Positions 11,214-22,752 of a stretch of 64,000 nucleotides of DNA are shown here, piece after piece. Source of the DNA: Selaginella moellendorffii (taxonomy: Eukaryota; Plantae; Lycopodiophyta). Position 1 is the stretch's first letter. The number at the start of each line of letters is the position of its first letter. A program made the position numbers and the translations under genes. Where the stretch lies: the NCBI RefSeq assembly GCF_000143415.4, contig NW_003314261.1:1564117-1628116 (forward strand), written 5' to 3'. Below the pieces are notes generated by a model. It saw only the letters and a list, made by a program, of their open reading frames with translations. It did no database searches and had not been told where the DNA came from.

Positions 11214-13601
11214 CTATCTCGGCCTGGAACTTAAGCGGGGGCTCACTCCGTGTAAGAGCTTCGTGAACCCGTAGAAGCTGAGCTTGCCATCCACGGGCCT
11301 GAGCCATTCGTGGAGTGAAACGTGCGCTGGCGAGTTTGGAGATAGTCCCAGTTCCTGTGAAAGTTACGCGGAGTTTACTTCGCAAACACGAGAGGAATGC
11401 TAAGCGTACCTTTGCAAGCTCCTCGACTGTAAGTGATCGATTGCCTTCCCGGTTGAATATCTCGTATGCTGATCGAGCGTGTCGCTCCCAGCGATCCAAC
11501 GCTTCAAGCTGGTAAACGCTGATGGTTGCGGCACAGAACTCGTAGAAATCCATTTTTCTTGAAGCCAAGGCATCCATCTGCAGCCGACCAGCAGTGAAAG
11601 GTTAACAGGAGTCCGAGAAAAGAATATGCATAATCTATAATTCTACACGAACCGAAGACAGCATCTCAAACAGCCTCGCTTCTTTCATGGCATCGGTGGA
11701 ATGCTTAGCCAAAGCCTGCGCACCATGAGAAAAAGTTTATAACGCGAGGGAATCGAAAAATGTAAAATAAGTACCATTCTGAAGTTCTCTAGGGACACGC
11801 GACCATTCTTACTGGGCTCCAATAGTAAGAACTGAGCTCTCAAGTAAATCAGCTCGTCCTCAGTTAAAGTCCTTGACAGCGCCTACACTTGAAAGGAAAA
11901 AGCCAAACCGATAAAAGTCTGAAGAAGCGATGGGAAGTAGACACGCACCTTGAGAGCTGTCTGCTTTAAGGGTGTGGCTCGTAAATAGGACTTGACTTGC
12001 TTAAAAATAAATATGTCTAGAGGAATTTTTCGCTCTCCACGAATCCACGGGTGACCTGCAAAAAGATAGTAAAACAGACAAATGAACAAAGCATAAGAAT
12101 CACGAAGACTAATATACTTACTTAAAGCTTGGACTGCTGTCATTCGCTTCCGCGAGTCCTTATTGAGCAGCCTCTTCACAAAATCTTTGGCTTCGGTAGA
12201 TACCGAAGGCCAAGGAGTTTCCACAAAGTTGGGATCTGCTCGCAAGACCGCGCGAAAGATTCCGGACTCTGTGCGAGCCCAGAAAGGCCTGCTTCCACAG
12301 AAGAGGATATAAGTTATAACTCCAACACTCCATATATCAGCTTCCATGCTGTAGGATCTGTGAAGTACTTCGGGGGCAACATAGTACGCACTCCCGACAA
12401 TGTCGTTTAGCTTCTCATCTGTGCAACAAAGTAAGAGGTTCATACGTTTCTATTCGAGTTACTGAAACTTTCAGTACCTGGTTTCACATAATCCGAGAGT
12501 CCAAAATCGATTGCTTTCAAGGGCGCATTCTCGTCCTTGGCAGTAAATAGGAAATTCTGCAGAAATTACAATCTATTAAGCCTCGCAGCATGGCAAAAGT
12601 TACGTTTACCTCACCTCTGGTTTTAAATCTCTGTGAACGACACCTTGAAGATGGCAATAAGCAACTATTTGTAAGATCTGCGAGAGCACAACCTTGGCGT
12701 CCTCCTCGGGGAATTTTCCACCTCTGTAGCAGGAAACAAACAAAACAAGGATAAGAAACCAAAGAACAAAGTGGAAGCCACTGTACCTTGACAGAATCCG
12801 GTCTAGCAGCTCTCCTCCTTCGCACAACCTTTATCCGAGAAAAAAAGATATGTCAGGCAAAAAAAGTCGTGCCGGAATCTTAGCGAAACGTACTCCATGA
12901 CAATGTACACATTCAGGTTGTCTTCGCATGCATCGTAGAACTTTACCAGGTTGGGATGACCAGACAGAGCCTTGAGAATCTTCACTTCTCGACGTACATC
13001 CTCGATCGCTATCGCCGTGGTCATCTGCAAGAAAACCATAGTTTAATACAGGAAAGAACATAAACAGTACGGAACATACACAGACCTTTGCCTTCATGAT
13101 GATCTTGACCGCAACTTGTTGGCCTTTAAGCTCGCCCCTCTTCACTTTCGCGAAGCAAGTATGCCCAAAGTGACCGCGTCCAATCTCCTGTCCCAGCTCG
13201 TACCGAGAAGCAAAGTTCTTCGCAAATCCAAAGCTCTTGTCAAGGCCTCCTCCGTTCTCGATCGCGGTAGCAGCAGCAGCACCTCCTCCTCCAGCGACTC
13301 CTCCAGCCTCCTTAGTTTTCGTAGTTCCCAGCCTCTTCATGAGCGAGGCTTGGATGTGCTTGGCCGGCGATGGTGGCGGAAACGGCCGCCGAAACATCCT
13401 TCTCGGCGTGGAATTGGCGGGCGAGCTCGCGTAAGGCATGGGACTAGCCGGAGGGAATGGCGAGTTGCTAAACGATGACTTGGAGGAGAAATGTGGAGAA
13501 TTGTTTCCACCCGTGGTGGTGGAGTAGCCATTGTAGGAATTCTCCTCAGTGCTCTTGTGCTGCTGCTCGTTTCCTCCAGTTTTTCCATAGCACTGCCCCA
13601 T
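11214..13601 (-). CDS. CRK: CDPK-related kinase (CRK), multi-exon
   Basis: MGQCYGK acylation start, [55 protein letters not shown], degenerate EF-hands; stop at 11214. Confidence 0.95.
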
Positions 13602-15183
13602 TTCATCGATCTACCAATCCGCTAGAGCTCGAGCAGCATCTTCTCCACCAAGAAACTATTTTTCCCGTTGTCCTAGCAGCTAGTTTTAGAAGGCGCTCTA
13701 GAACACCAGCAGCGAAACCACGGCTTTGCATGATCCATTCTCCCCATCGCCACTGCTGCCCAAATCCATTCCCTCCTTCTAACCTGCATTCTCCCGCCGA
13801 TTTCCTCGGCCCCTCCCCTCCTCCCCGGCCAGATTTCGGGATTTCGAGAGCCTGCTCGCTCGTTCCAGCTCCAATCTCTTCCTCGATTGGCGACCCGGGC
13901 GCTGGCTGGAGTCTAGACTCACCTCAATTCAGCTCGCTCGCCAGATCGCCAGGCGCATGCGCAGATCCAAAGCGGGGCGCGCACGAAATCCTCCCCCAAA
14001 ACACGAATGACCTAAGGTAGGTCGCGCTCCTTCTTTCTTTGCTTTGCTTCTCCTTCTCTTTCTGGAGGAGGCAATGAATGAATGACTTGACACCCGCAAA
14101 AGAAAGGAAAAAAAAAAAAAACTTTGAAGGGGGGGAAATCTTTCGCGTTTTTGCGTTTCTTTCTTTTTTAAGAGATAGAAAGATTGTTGCTAAACTCGAT
14201 CGGATCGAGAGACCATAGCATGTCGAATCGAGAAGAACACGCACTACTACACAGAAAAAAAAGGGAAGAAAAACGGAAAAAAGGGGAAAAAATTAAAGGA
14301 GTGAAACAGAGAGCATTCAATGACGACTACCTACCTCGCTTGAGCGAAATGGAGCAGAAAAAGAGAAAAAAAATGAGAAGTAAAAGCTTAAAAACAAGTT
14401 GAATCTATCAAACAATCAACGCGCATGAACAGTGAAGAATGTGTGCGGTGTTTTCTGTGAATTTGCCTTTGAATCCACCAAGAGCTGATCCTTGTCCTGG
14501 AGAGAACGCAAAGGAAGAAATCACCAAAAAATTGCTTTTGCTGCTGTTGTACTCTCCAATGCTGGTCAGATGCTCTCACCAAAAACACCAAAGGGAATTT
14601 TCAAGAGTCTGGTTTTTATTTATATATCTTTCATTTTTTTTTCAAATGGGATAAAAAAAACCAACTTTTTTATCATAGTTTTCAACCTTGGAAGTTGGAA
14701 CCTTTTTTATTTCCCCCAGTTTGGTGGCCTAGAAATATCCACTCAACAGCAAAGGCAAAGCTAGCAATGGCATTTACAAACATCATCAAATCTGGTTGTT
14801 GCTGTTTGTTGTGGTTTTCTTTCCAGCTTCCAGTGCTTTTCTAAGATCAAAGATCAATCTTTCCAGCCTTGAGATTTCCAGTGCTTTTCTAAGAACAAAG
14901 ATCAAGGAAATGAAAAATAAAAATTCTCGGCCTAAAGTCAAACCCGCGATTCAATGCTGAAGTTGGCTCCATTCCTCGTGCTCTATGATAATTAAATCGA
15001 TGTGGTTCTTCTTTCAAACTATGTTAATTTTGACCAGCCTTTCACGACTCCATGGTCCACTTTCTATAGTTTTCTCACACGTCCAGCTCGAGTGTCACTT
15101 AAAACCTTTGAGATCGATCGAAAACTGGAAGAAGCGCGAGACTAGACAAGCTTTACACGTTTTCTCCTGTGAAATCTATGGAT

Positions 15184-15797
15184 CTAGAGCTCGTTGGGAC
15201 CACCTAAGATGGCGCTCATGTTTACAATCGCCGAGTTCCTACGTTCTTGGAGCTTCTTCTTCTTCTCGGCCTCGATCGTCGAGGAAGAAGAGAAGAGGCC
15301 AGAGAAGAGATTCCTCTTGGACTGCTGCTTCGACGAGGCTTGCTCGCTCTTGACAATGTCTTCTCCATCTTCTTCTTCCTCCTGTGCTTCCTCGCTTTCT
15401 TCCGCCGCCAAAGAGGACGAAGCGCTCGGACACTGCTCCCTATCTCCGCCGCTTTGCGGCCGCAGTGGCGAGTGATCTCGAGTGCAAACCCGGCACGTCT
15501 CGATTGACTTGAAGCAGCTGCGGTGATAAGTCGCGTTGCAAAGCTGGCAGCGGTGGACGTTCTCGTCCTGTTGTAAAGGAAATGTCAGACTCTTGTAAGC
15601 TCGCTATGACAAACTCTTTCTTGCTATTTACCTCGTAGGGATAGATTAAATCCCGTGGCGAGTCACAGACCACTCCAGCACCGCATGACTCGCCGAGCTC
15701 CAGACAAACCGAGCACTTGCGAGTGATGTGCAAAGTCAGCTTCTCCAGTGTTGCTTGCAACAATCCCGGCAAAACTGGGAAAAAGTGTTAGCAAATC

Positions 15798-15841
<44 letters not shown>

Positions 15842-18120
15842 AAACAAACAATCTTACCAGCAAATGCTCCCTTTGAAAGATCTGTGAGGTCACGTAACGC
15901 ATAAAAGTCGTTTTGCTCCAGAAGATAGCGTCGCGAGCCGAGTAGCTGCTGGATCCGGCTCCGAGACGGGCAGCGGATGCATTTCACCAGCCGGCTCAAC
16001 TTTCTTCTCATCTCACTTACATGAGAAAGTATGGGAGCTCTCGTGTACAGAAACGGATTGACTGCGCTGACACACAGCATGGGCTGAAGGCACGGAACAA
16101 AAATAAGTATACAACACAATGAGAAACTCTTTGACGAACCTGATCGTAAATGGAGTCGAGATAGGCCTTTGCAAGTTGAGAAACAACTCTCGGTGTGAAA
16201 TCCCAAGATCGAAGAACTCGAGCCGGTAGAATGGCAGTCTCGTTGAGATGACATCGTACGCAGTAAAGCTGGCCAGTGTACTCACAGAACCTTGGCTTTC
16301 CCCACCCCAGAGATTTGATGAAACCGGAAACCACGTCCTTGGTTGGGTTGAGTTGCTCGTAACACCCAGCACAAAGATTACGTTGGTTTAACAACACCTG
16401 GTTCAAAGGCTTTTTCGTCTGTATCTGTAAAACCAGACGAATAGTCCTTCCGAAGGCACTGTTTTGTCGCTCCGGACTTATAGGTGTGCCCGGTCTCGGA
16501 GAACCAAGCTCTTTAAGCTGCATGGCGAAGTTTTGATCTCTTGCAGCCAGCTCGGGTGAGAACTGCGATGAAGCCGCCAGCATAGGCAGGCGTGTCTCCC
16601 CCGGACTAGGAAACAAAAACCTGAGTAGAGGTGCTGCCGTGCTGATCGGAACTCCAGCTTGCAGTGACGATTGGAGACAAACTTGGAGAAGAGCACTCCG
16701 AAACTCCACCGCATCCGGAGAGGTGTTCCCAAAAACCTTCCGGGACTCGGCTGTCACCTTCTGCCACGGGCTTGGAAGCTGTACTCTGGTCTGTGCACTA
16801 AACATCCTCTTGAGCTGCTGGAAAAGATCAACGAACTCCCGGTACCGTCGTTCTATTTCCCACTGATTTTCACCGCTTTTCACCTGTATCCTGTAAATGG
16901 TATGCTCCCTGACGCCCACAACTCGTTCACCCAGAGACGCACCCCCTCGTCTCTGGCGTGCTCCAGTCACTTCCACGGAGTCCACTTTCCATAGCCCATC
17001 ATATACTGAAGTTGATGTTCTAGTCCATGACGACTTCGTAGGACTGTTCGCTGCACCACCTTTGCTAGCCCAAAATGAATGATTTCCACTGCTCTCACCT
17101 GTATCGAGCAGTATCTCCTCCATGTCCCAGACAGTGTCCATGTAAGTTTCTCTCACGTCAAGCGTCTCAACATAGCGCGAGAGCTGGAAAAGAAACCTCT
17201 GTCAGCCAGGCAGAGTGTCAAAATCCACACACAGATACCTCGTCGGGTCCCAAGTGATCTCTGCTCCAATCGGTACTATTGCGATAATCTTCTGTCATGG
17301 ACGAGAGCCGCAAGGGACGAACGATTTCTTCTACGTCCAGCTGCAGCAAATCCTCTGCTTCTTTCGATCCCAGCCGCATCACGCATCTTTTCTTCTCAAT
17401 TACGGGAGCTTCGGAAGGACCAGCTATCGTCGTGATCTTCTCGGAAACTTGATCTCCAAGTGTCTCACAGAAACTCGAAAGAACGTCTGCTTTCAAGCCA
17501 CCGTCTTGTTCTTGTTCTATCGTTTCCAATTCCTGGGAACTGTTCGCCTTGTCATGGGTGCTGCCGAGGAGCGTCTCGTCACTGTCGATTTCTTTGAGCT
17601 CTACTTCACTTGGAACAACGTCTTCTTCCACAGCAACACCTTCGAGCAACTGCGACTCTTCGTCTTGGAGTTCTTCGCTCAAGGAGATTATCTTCAAACC
17701 ACCAGTGTCTTCTTCATCGTCATAGAGCCCGGTACCGCGGACGATACCATCGTCACCACTGTCGCCATGATGATGAAAAAATGCCCGGTCCTTATCGGAA
17801 TCGAAGCACTCGTCCAGCGCATCGACGAATGCGTCCCCAGAGCCCCCAGCATCGTGAAAGTAGGCGCTCAAATCGGAGCCCCCAAACAAAAGATCACTCT
17901 CGGGGCTGTGATACCAGCTGCGCCCGCTGCTGAAATTCGCGCTGCGGCACTGCGAATACTCCGATTTGCCCTCGGAGCTGCCATCATCCGTGGCCTCCTC
18001 CTCGGTCCGGCTAGAGAAATCTTCCGCCTCTAGAAAATCCTCGGACTTCCAGCCATGGCTGGCATTTTCCCCTAGAATCTTACCAGAAGCATCGACAGAA
18101 GAGGGATCGCCTGACGCCAT
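15184..18120 (-). CDS. PX domain plus Rubicon-homology (DUF4206-type zinc-binding) protein
   Basis: HTIYRIQV..WEIERRYREF (PX); CAGC, PRFCEYTGQLYCVRCH, LPARVLRSWDF, HITRKCSVC. Confidence 0.88.
15801..15839 (+). repeat. (AG)n microsatellite in an intron
   Basis: Directly visible. Confidence 0.95.
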
Positions 18121-18341
18121 TCCTGTCGGCGGCGATCGGTCCGCATCATCCGAAAGAAAAATTTCCAGCGATCGGTCATGCCAGAGCCCCGTACATTCCA
18201 GCTAGAAGAAAGAGAAATTAGGGTTCTTCGCTTTTGTTTTAGTGCCCAGTTTAATTAAAACAAACCAATCCAATCCAAGGCGCTAAACTACTCAGGGTTT
18301 TAGCGGCTAGGGTTAGGGTTTGTGGCCCAGCGGAGAAGAAA

Positions 18342-21300
18342 ATGCTGGAGATTCACAGGCTGCGGCACTTGGATTGGATTCCCAGCGCTGTGATTGCGCT
18401 CGCGACGAGCCCGGACGGGGCGGCGATCGCCGCTGCTCGCGACAGCGGCGCAATCGAAGTATGGAAGGCAGCTCCAGGATCGGTGGGATGGTATTGCCAA
18501 TTGGTAGGCTTTGCTCGCATTGCTCGCATTGCTCGTTTTGCGCCGATTTCTTATGCTCTACAGCTATCCCACAGACGATTCCAGGAATGCAGGGCGCGGC
18601 TATCTCCTGCTTAGAGTGGTGTAGCTCCAGCGTCTCGCGCCAAGGCCGATTGTTTTCTTCCGGGCTGGATGGGTTTATCACCGAGTGGGATCTGGAAAGG
18701 CTCGAAGCAAAGGTGTTTGCTCGTCTTTTGTTTTGTTTCGAAAGGGGACTGATGGTTTTCTTTCAGGCACAAACCGACTCCTTTGGAGGCTCTGTGTGGC
18801 AGGTCGCGGCTCAACCTTCGTCACAGGACGATGATTCTCGGGACATCGCTGCTGCTTGCGATGACGGGTCTGTGAGACTGTTTACCTTGAATGATAGCAT
18901 GACTTATAAAAAAGCATTTCCACGAGTTAAGGGTAAAGGAACTTTGTTTTCTCTTCATTTTGTAGTTCTTAATTGATTCTTATACTTGCAGGTCGCGTTC
19001 TAAGTGTTGCGTGGTCTCTTGACGGAAAACGAGTCTACGGTGGAGGGTCCGATGGGTATGAGCTTGTTTTCTCTTGTGGCACGTCGCTGATAACCGTTTC
19101 GTGCACAGTTGCATAAGAAGCTGGGACGCTGCAACTTGTATTGAACTTTACAGAATAACAGCGGGCATTGGCGGCCAGAAAAAATTGGAAGAGTTGTGCG
19201 TTTGGTCCCTTCTCGTTCTCAGGTGTGTGCTTGATACTTCCTCGGATCTGAATACTTATTTCCATTGTTTTCCAGGAGTGGAACTCTTGTAAGCGGAGAT
19301 AGTACCGGAACTACACAATTCTGGGATGAAAGGGGGATGTTACTGGAGGCTTTAACCAGGCATGACGCAGATGTTTTGGCCTTGGCTGCCGCACCTTCCC
19401 ACACAGCGGTTTTCGCTGCTGGAGCTGATGGTCAGGTGTATTTCTGTTTTTTTTTTTTCCTTTTGTATTGGTTACCGTTCTCATTCTCACCAACTACAGG
19501 TCGTTATGTATCAACTTGTTCACGAGAGCTCCAGGCGTGGAAACAGTGATTTGAAAGAAGATGCTTCTGTAGGATTTGGCGACAAGTGGACGTATGTTGG
19601 CACCAAAAGGTGTCATTCTCATGATGTTAGAGCACTGACTGTTGCAATTCCGGTCCCTATTGACGCGGGTACGTATGCAGCTTTGTGGACTTTTGTGTTT
19701 CTGACTGACTTTACAGGCGATCCAACAAGTAAACCGTGGACAAGGCCTACGAGAGAACGGAACAAATGGCCAGAACCGGATCACAGAAAGTGGGCAAGGC
19801 CTGGCATTCCCATGCTTGTATCGGGTGGGAACGATGCTAAGCTGTTCGCTTATCCCGCAAATGACATGATGTCATATCAGCCTCATGACATATGTCCGGC
19901 ACCGGAACGGCCCGTCGTTCAACTAGCACCAGGGCTTGCACAGGATGGAAACGTAGTTATGATGGCACAACATCCGACTTATATTGATATCTGGCGGGTT
20001 GCAAGCAGTCAATCCACAGGAAAGAGGCCAGAGGCGGAAAATGGAGTGGACTCGGATGATATCACACTCGGAAAGAGAAAGAGAAGTGATTCAACGTCCG
20101 AGGAAACGCTCAGTACTTCTTACCAACAGGATCAAGCAAGCAAGGGTGCACAGTCGGGGCAGCGTCCAGTCCTTCTAGCTAAGATAAAGTCCAAAGCGAC
20201 AGCACATATTACTTGCAGCGCTTTCTCCGAGGACGGGAAATTCGTAGCGTTTTCAGACAGAACAAAGGCCAGGCTTTTTGAGCTAAAGCATGCACAAAAA
20301 CAGTGGACTATCAAGAAGAAAAATCTTCCCGGCACTGTACCTCCTGCTCATCGCATGATTTTTAGTGTTGGCTCGAGCAGGTTGATAATGGCGTGTTCTC
20401 AAGGCGAGATTCTGGTAAGCTTTAGCACTCCTTTATCATTGATCTTTCTAACCTTCTCTTTTACATACAGGTGCTTGACACTGACAGTTTGGAAGTGTTG
20501 CACGTTTTTAAGCTTGCGGCAGATGATTTGCAATCTCCGGTCGCTTTGTTGTGTGCGAGTCCGGATGGACAATGGTTAGCTGCTGGATCAAGCTCAGGCA
20601 ACCTGGTCATCTTGAATCTGGAAACACTGCGGTAAGCTCTGCTTTTTCCTGCTGCAGTTCAATGATGATCACATTTCTCAACAAATGTGACGAGGGTCTT
20701 GTGCCTCTGCGTTTTGAAAAAGACTTTGATCCTGAGAACTTCCTAGCAGCATCAGTTTTCTTGTCCCGTGTTTTACGTTCCTGGTGTTTGCAGGCACCAC
20801 TGGTCTGTTCCGTTGTTTGACGGCACACCTGCGACGGCTGCCGTGTTCCATCCCGGAAACAATGCCGTGCTCATCGTCACCACCGCTGCAAACAAAATCC
20901 ACGTCCTTGACATTGCCGCGAGGGAGCTCGGCCGCTGGTCCAAAGAGAACCACGCCAGCATTCCCTCAGAGATTCTAGAGTTCCCAGGTGGCATCTCTGG
21001 CCTGACAGTCTCTCCATCCACGGGATCCACAGAGATCATCGCGTACAGCCCAAGGTACAAACGAAAGCTCTTTCGATGTAGCTCATCAAAGACTTGTTTT
21101 TTTCACTGCAGGGCGATGTGCTTGATCGATTTCAGCAAACCCGTCGCGAAGAACGCCGTCATCGCGAATGGAAATGGAAATGGAAATGGAGCTCCTCACC
21201 TTCACCATATGGGAAACGGCCATGCCAACGGTGTCCACCACCACCACCACCGCAAGAACAAAAACTTCGTCCTCACGCCCTTCAAGAACCCGGTGCTGTT

Positions 21301-21406
21301 TGTGGGATACGTTGCAAAGAGCTCACTTTTGATAGTGGAGCGGCCATGGCTGGAAGTTTTAAACCACTTCCAAGCTCCTGTATACCGGCACCGCTATGGA
21401 ACGTAA
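18342..21406 (+). CDS. UTP4: U3 snoRNP WD40 protein UTP4/cirhin (plant POPCORN-like), multi-exon
   Basis: [65 protein letters not shown]; telo-box TAGGGTT motifs upstream. Confidence 0.92.
20656..20740 (+). ncRNA. Intronic box C/D snoRNA
   Basis: Box C ATGATGA 20662-20668, box D CTGA 20732-20735, closing stem AGTTC/GAACT, inside an unusually long (162 nt) UTP4 intron 20632-20793. Confidence 0.8.
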
Positions 21407-21417
21407 GTGTAATAACC

Positions 21418-21525
21418 GAATATGCTTTTGGGAAAGACAGAATATGCTCCAGGCCAGCTAGAATATGCTCTTGGGGAACCAGAATATGCGCAAGACCTAC
21501 ACGTGGTAAATTAAATCGGATATTC
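21418..21525. promoter_or_regulatory. Cluster of five P1BS motifs plus a G-box upstream of RbcX
   Basis: GAATATGC at 21418, 21440, 21461, 21482; GGATATTC at 21518; CACGTG at 21500. Confidence 0.65.
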
Positions 21526-21672
21526 TGTGAGAGGCCACGTAGCACAATGTGTCTTCACTAGAATCTCTTTAGCGATTTGACTTCTACACAAGTGGGCGGG
21601 AAATCTCGCATTAAGCAATGCAGTGAAGGCGCTCGCTAGGGTTCCTCGATTTCTCGTGTATCTGGTCCAAAG

Positions 21673-22581
21673 ATGAGCTCCCTCGCGGCTATGGCGCTGC
21701 CAATCCATCGCTGCTGCGTCGAGGCCGTGGAGGCGTCGGATTTGGCATCGTGCAGCGGTAGATTCGCGCACAGGAGCTCCAAATGGAGGAGGGGGAGGGG
21801 CGGCGCCGCCGCCGCCGCCGCTCACAGAGGTACTAAGCAGCGATTGTTGTGCAGCTCAATGCTCGATACATGGCGAGATTCAAGAGATGCTTCCAGAGTC
21901 TTGTGGCATGCGGTGTGGGATATTTCCACGGGGCAAGGGCATGTCCCCGTGGTTGTGGATGAGATTGCCGGGCAGTACGAAGATAGCTACGAGGACGTCG
22001 ATAAGGTGAGAATCTCGTGGATGTTCTTGGATGATCTCTTACAACGTTTCTTCTTTCGATGCAGCATCTCATGGACTACTTCACATTCAAGGCTGTGAGA
22101 ACCGTGCTGGCGCAATTGTATGAAATGAATCCCAGCCAATACATCTGGTTCTATAAGTAAGTTTCATGCTTGGATTTCTCCTCTATAGCACTCTGTTCTA
22201 AAGGCGAAGTTTCTCAGCTTCGTTGGGAATAACAAACCACAGGATAGCAAAGTTTTCATCCGGCTCTTAGTCAAGGTAGAGAAAACAAGAACTCTTTCCT
22301 TTCCATTCTAACTTTGTGGCATTTTTCTCGTCTCGCAGGAGCGCCAGGAGCTTGCCGAGAGAGTGATGGTCACTCGCTTACACTTGTTTGGAAAATGGGT
22401 GAAGGTGAGAAGCCATAACTCCACGCCAGCAATTCTTTGTTTGATCGATCTCTTGTCGCAGAAATACAGCCACGAGAACATGTATAACGCAATCTCCGAC
22501 CAAAATTTGGAGCTGCTGCGAGAGCGTTTGATGCAAACCGTGAAGCTCCCATCAGACGGGGAGGAATTCACGAAAACGTAA
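21673..22581 (+). CDS. RbcX: Chloroplast Rubisco assembly chaperone RbcX (5 exons)
   Basis: Transit-like N-terminus; GQYEDSYEDVDK, YFTFKAVRTVLAQLYEMNP, LAERVMVTRLHLF, NLELLRERL. Confidence 0.92.
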
Positions 22582-22752
22582 ATTCCACCACTCGCGGGAA
22601 TCCTGGATACTGTTCCTGGAGAGATTCCATTCGTACGAATCTTCCCCCATCGTATGTACGGAGATTAAACATGAAAGAAATATTTTTCCTTGTTTCGCCC
22701 TTTAGCGTTTGAGTGCGCTTTGGTGCTTAGCTAGGGTTCTTGCGCGGTCGCC

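Noticed and set aside
14828-14905. 30-bp direct duplication TTCCAGTGCTTTTCTAAGA.CAAAGATCAA
   Set aside because: Simple local duplication with no further structure
17215-18033. Long antisense or alternate-frame ORFs (also 28036-28743, 42865-43593, 9908-10510)
   Set aside because: Shadows of GC-rich coding exons with no recognisable motifs
18290-18322. TAGGGTT motifs as interstitial telomere
   Set aside because: Only one to three copies near gene starts; these are ordinary telo-box promoter elements
21418-21489. Repeat-spacer pattern as a CRISPR-like array
   Set aside because: Repeats are 8 bp with 13-14 bp spacers in a eukaryotic promoter; no cas genes
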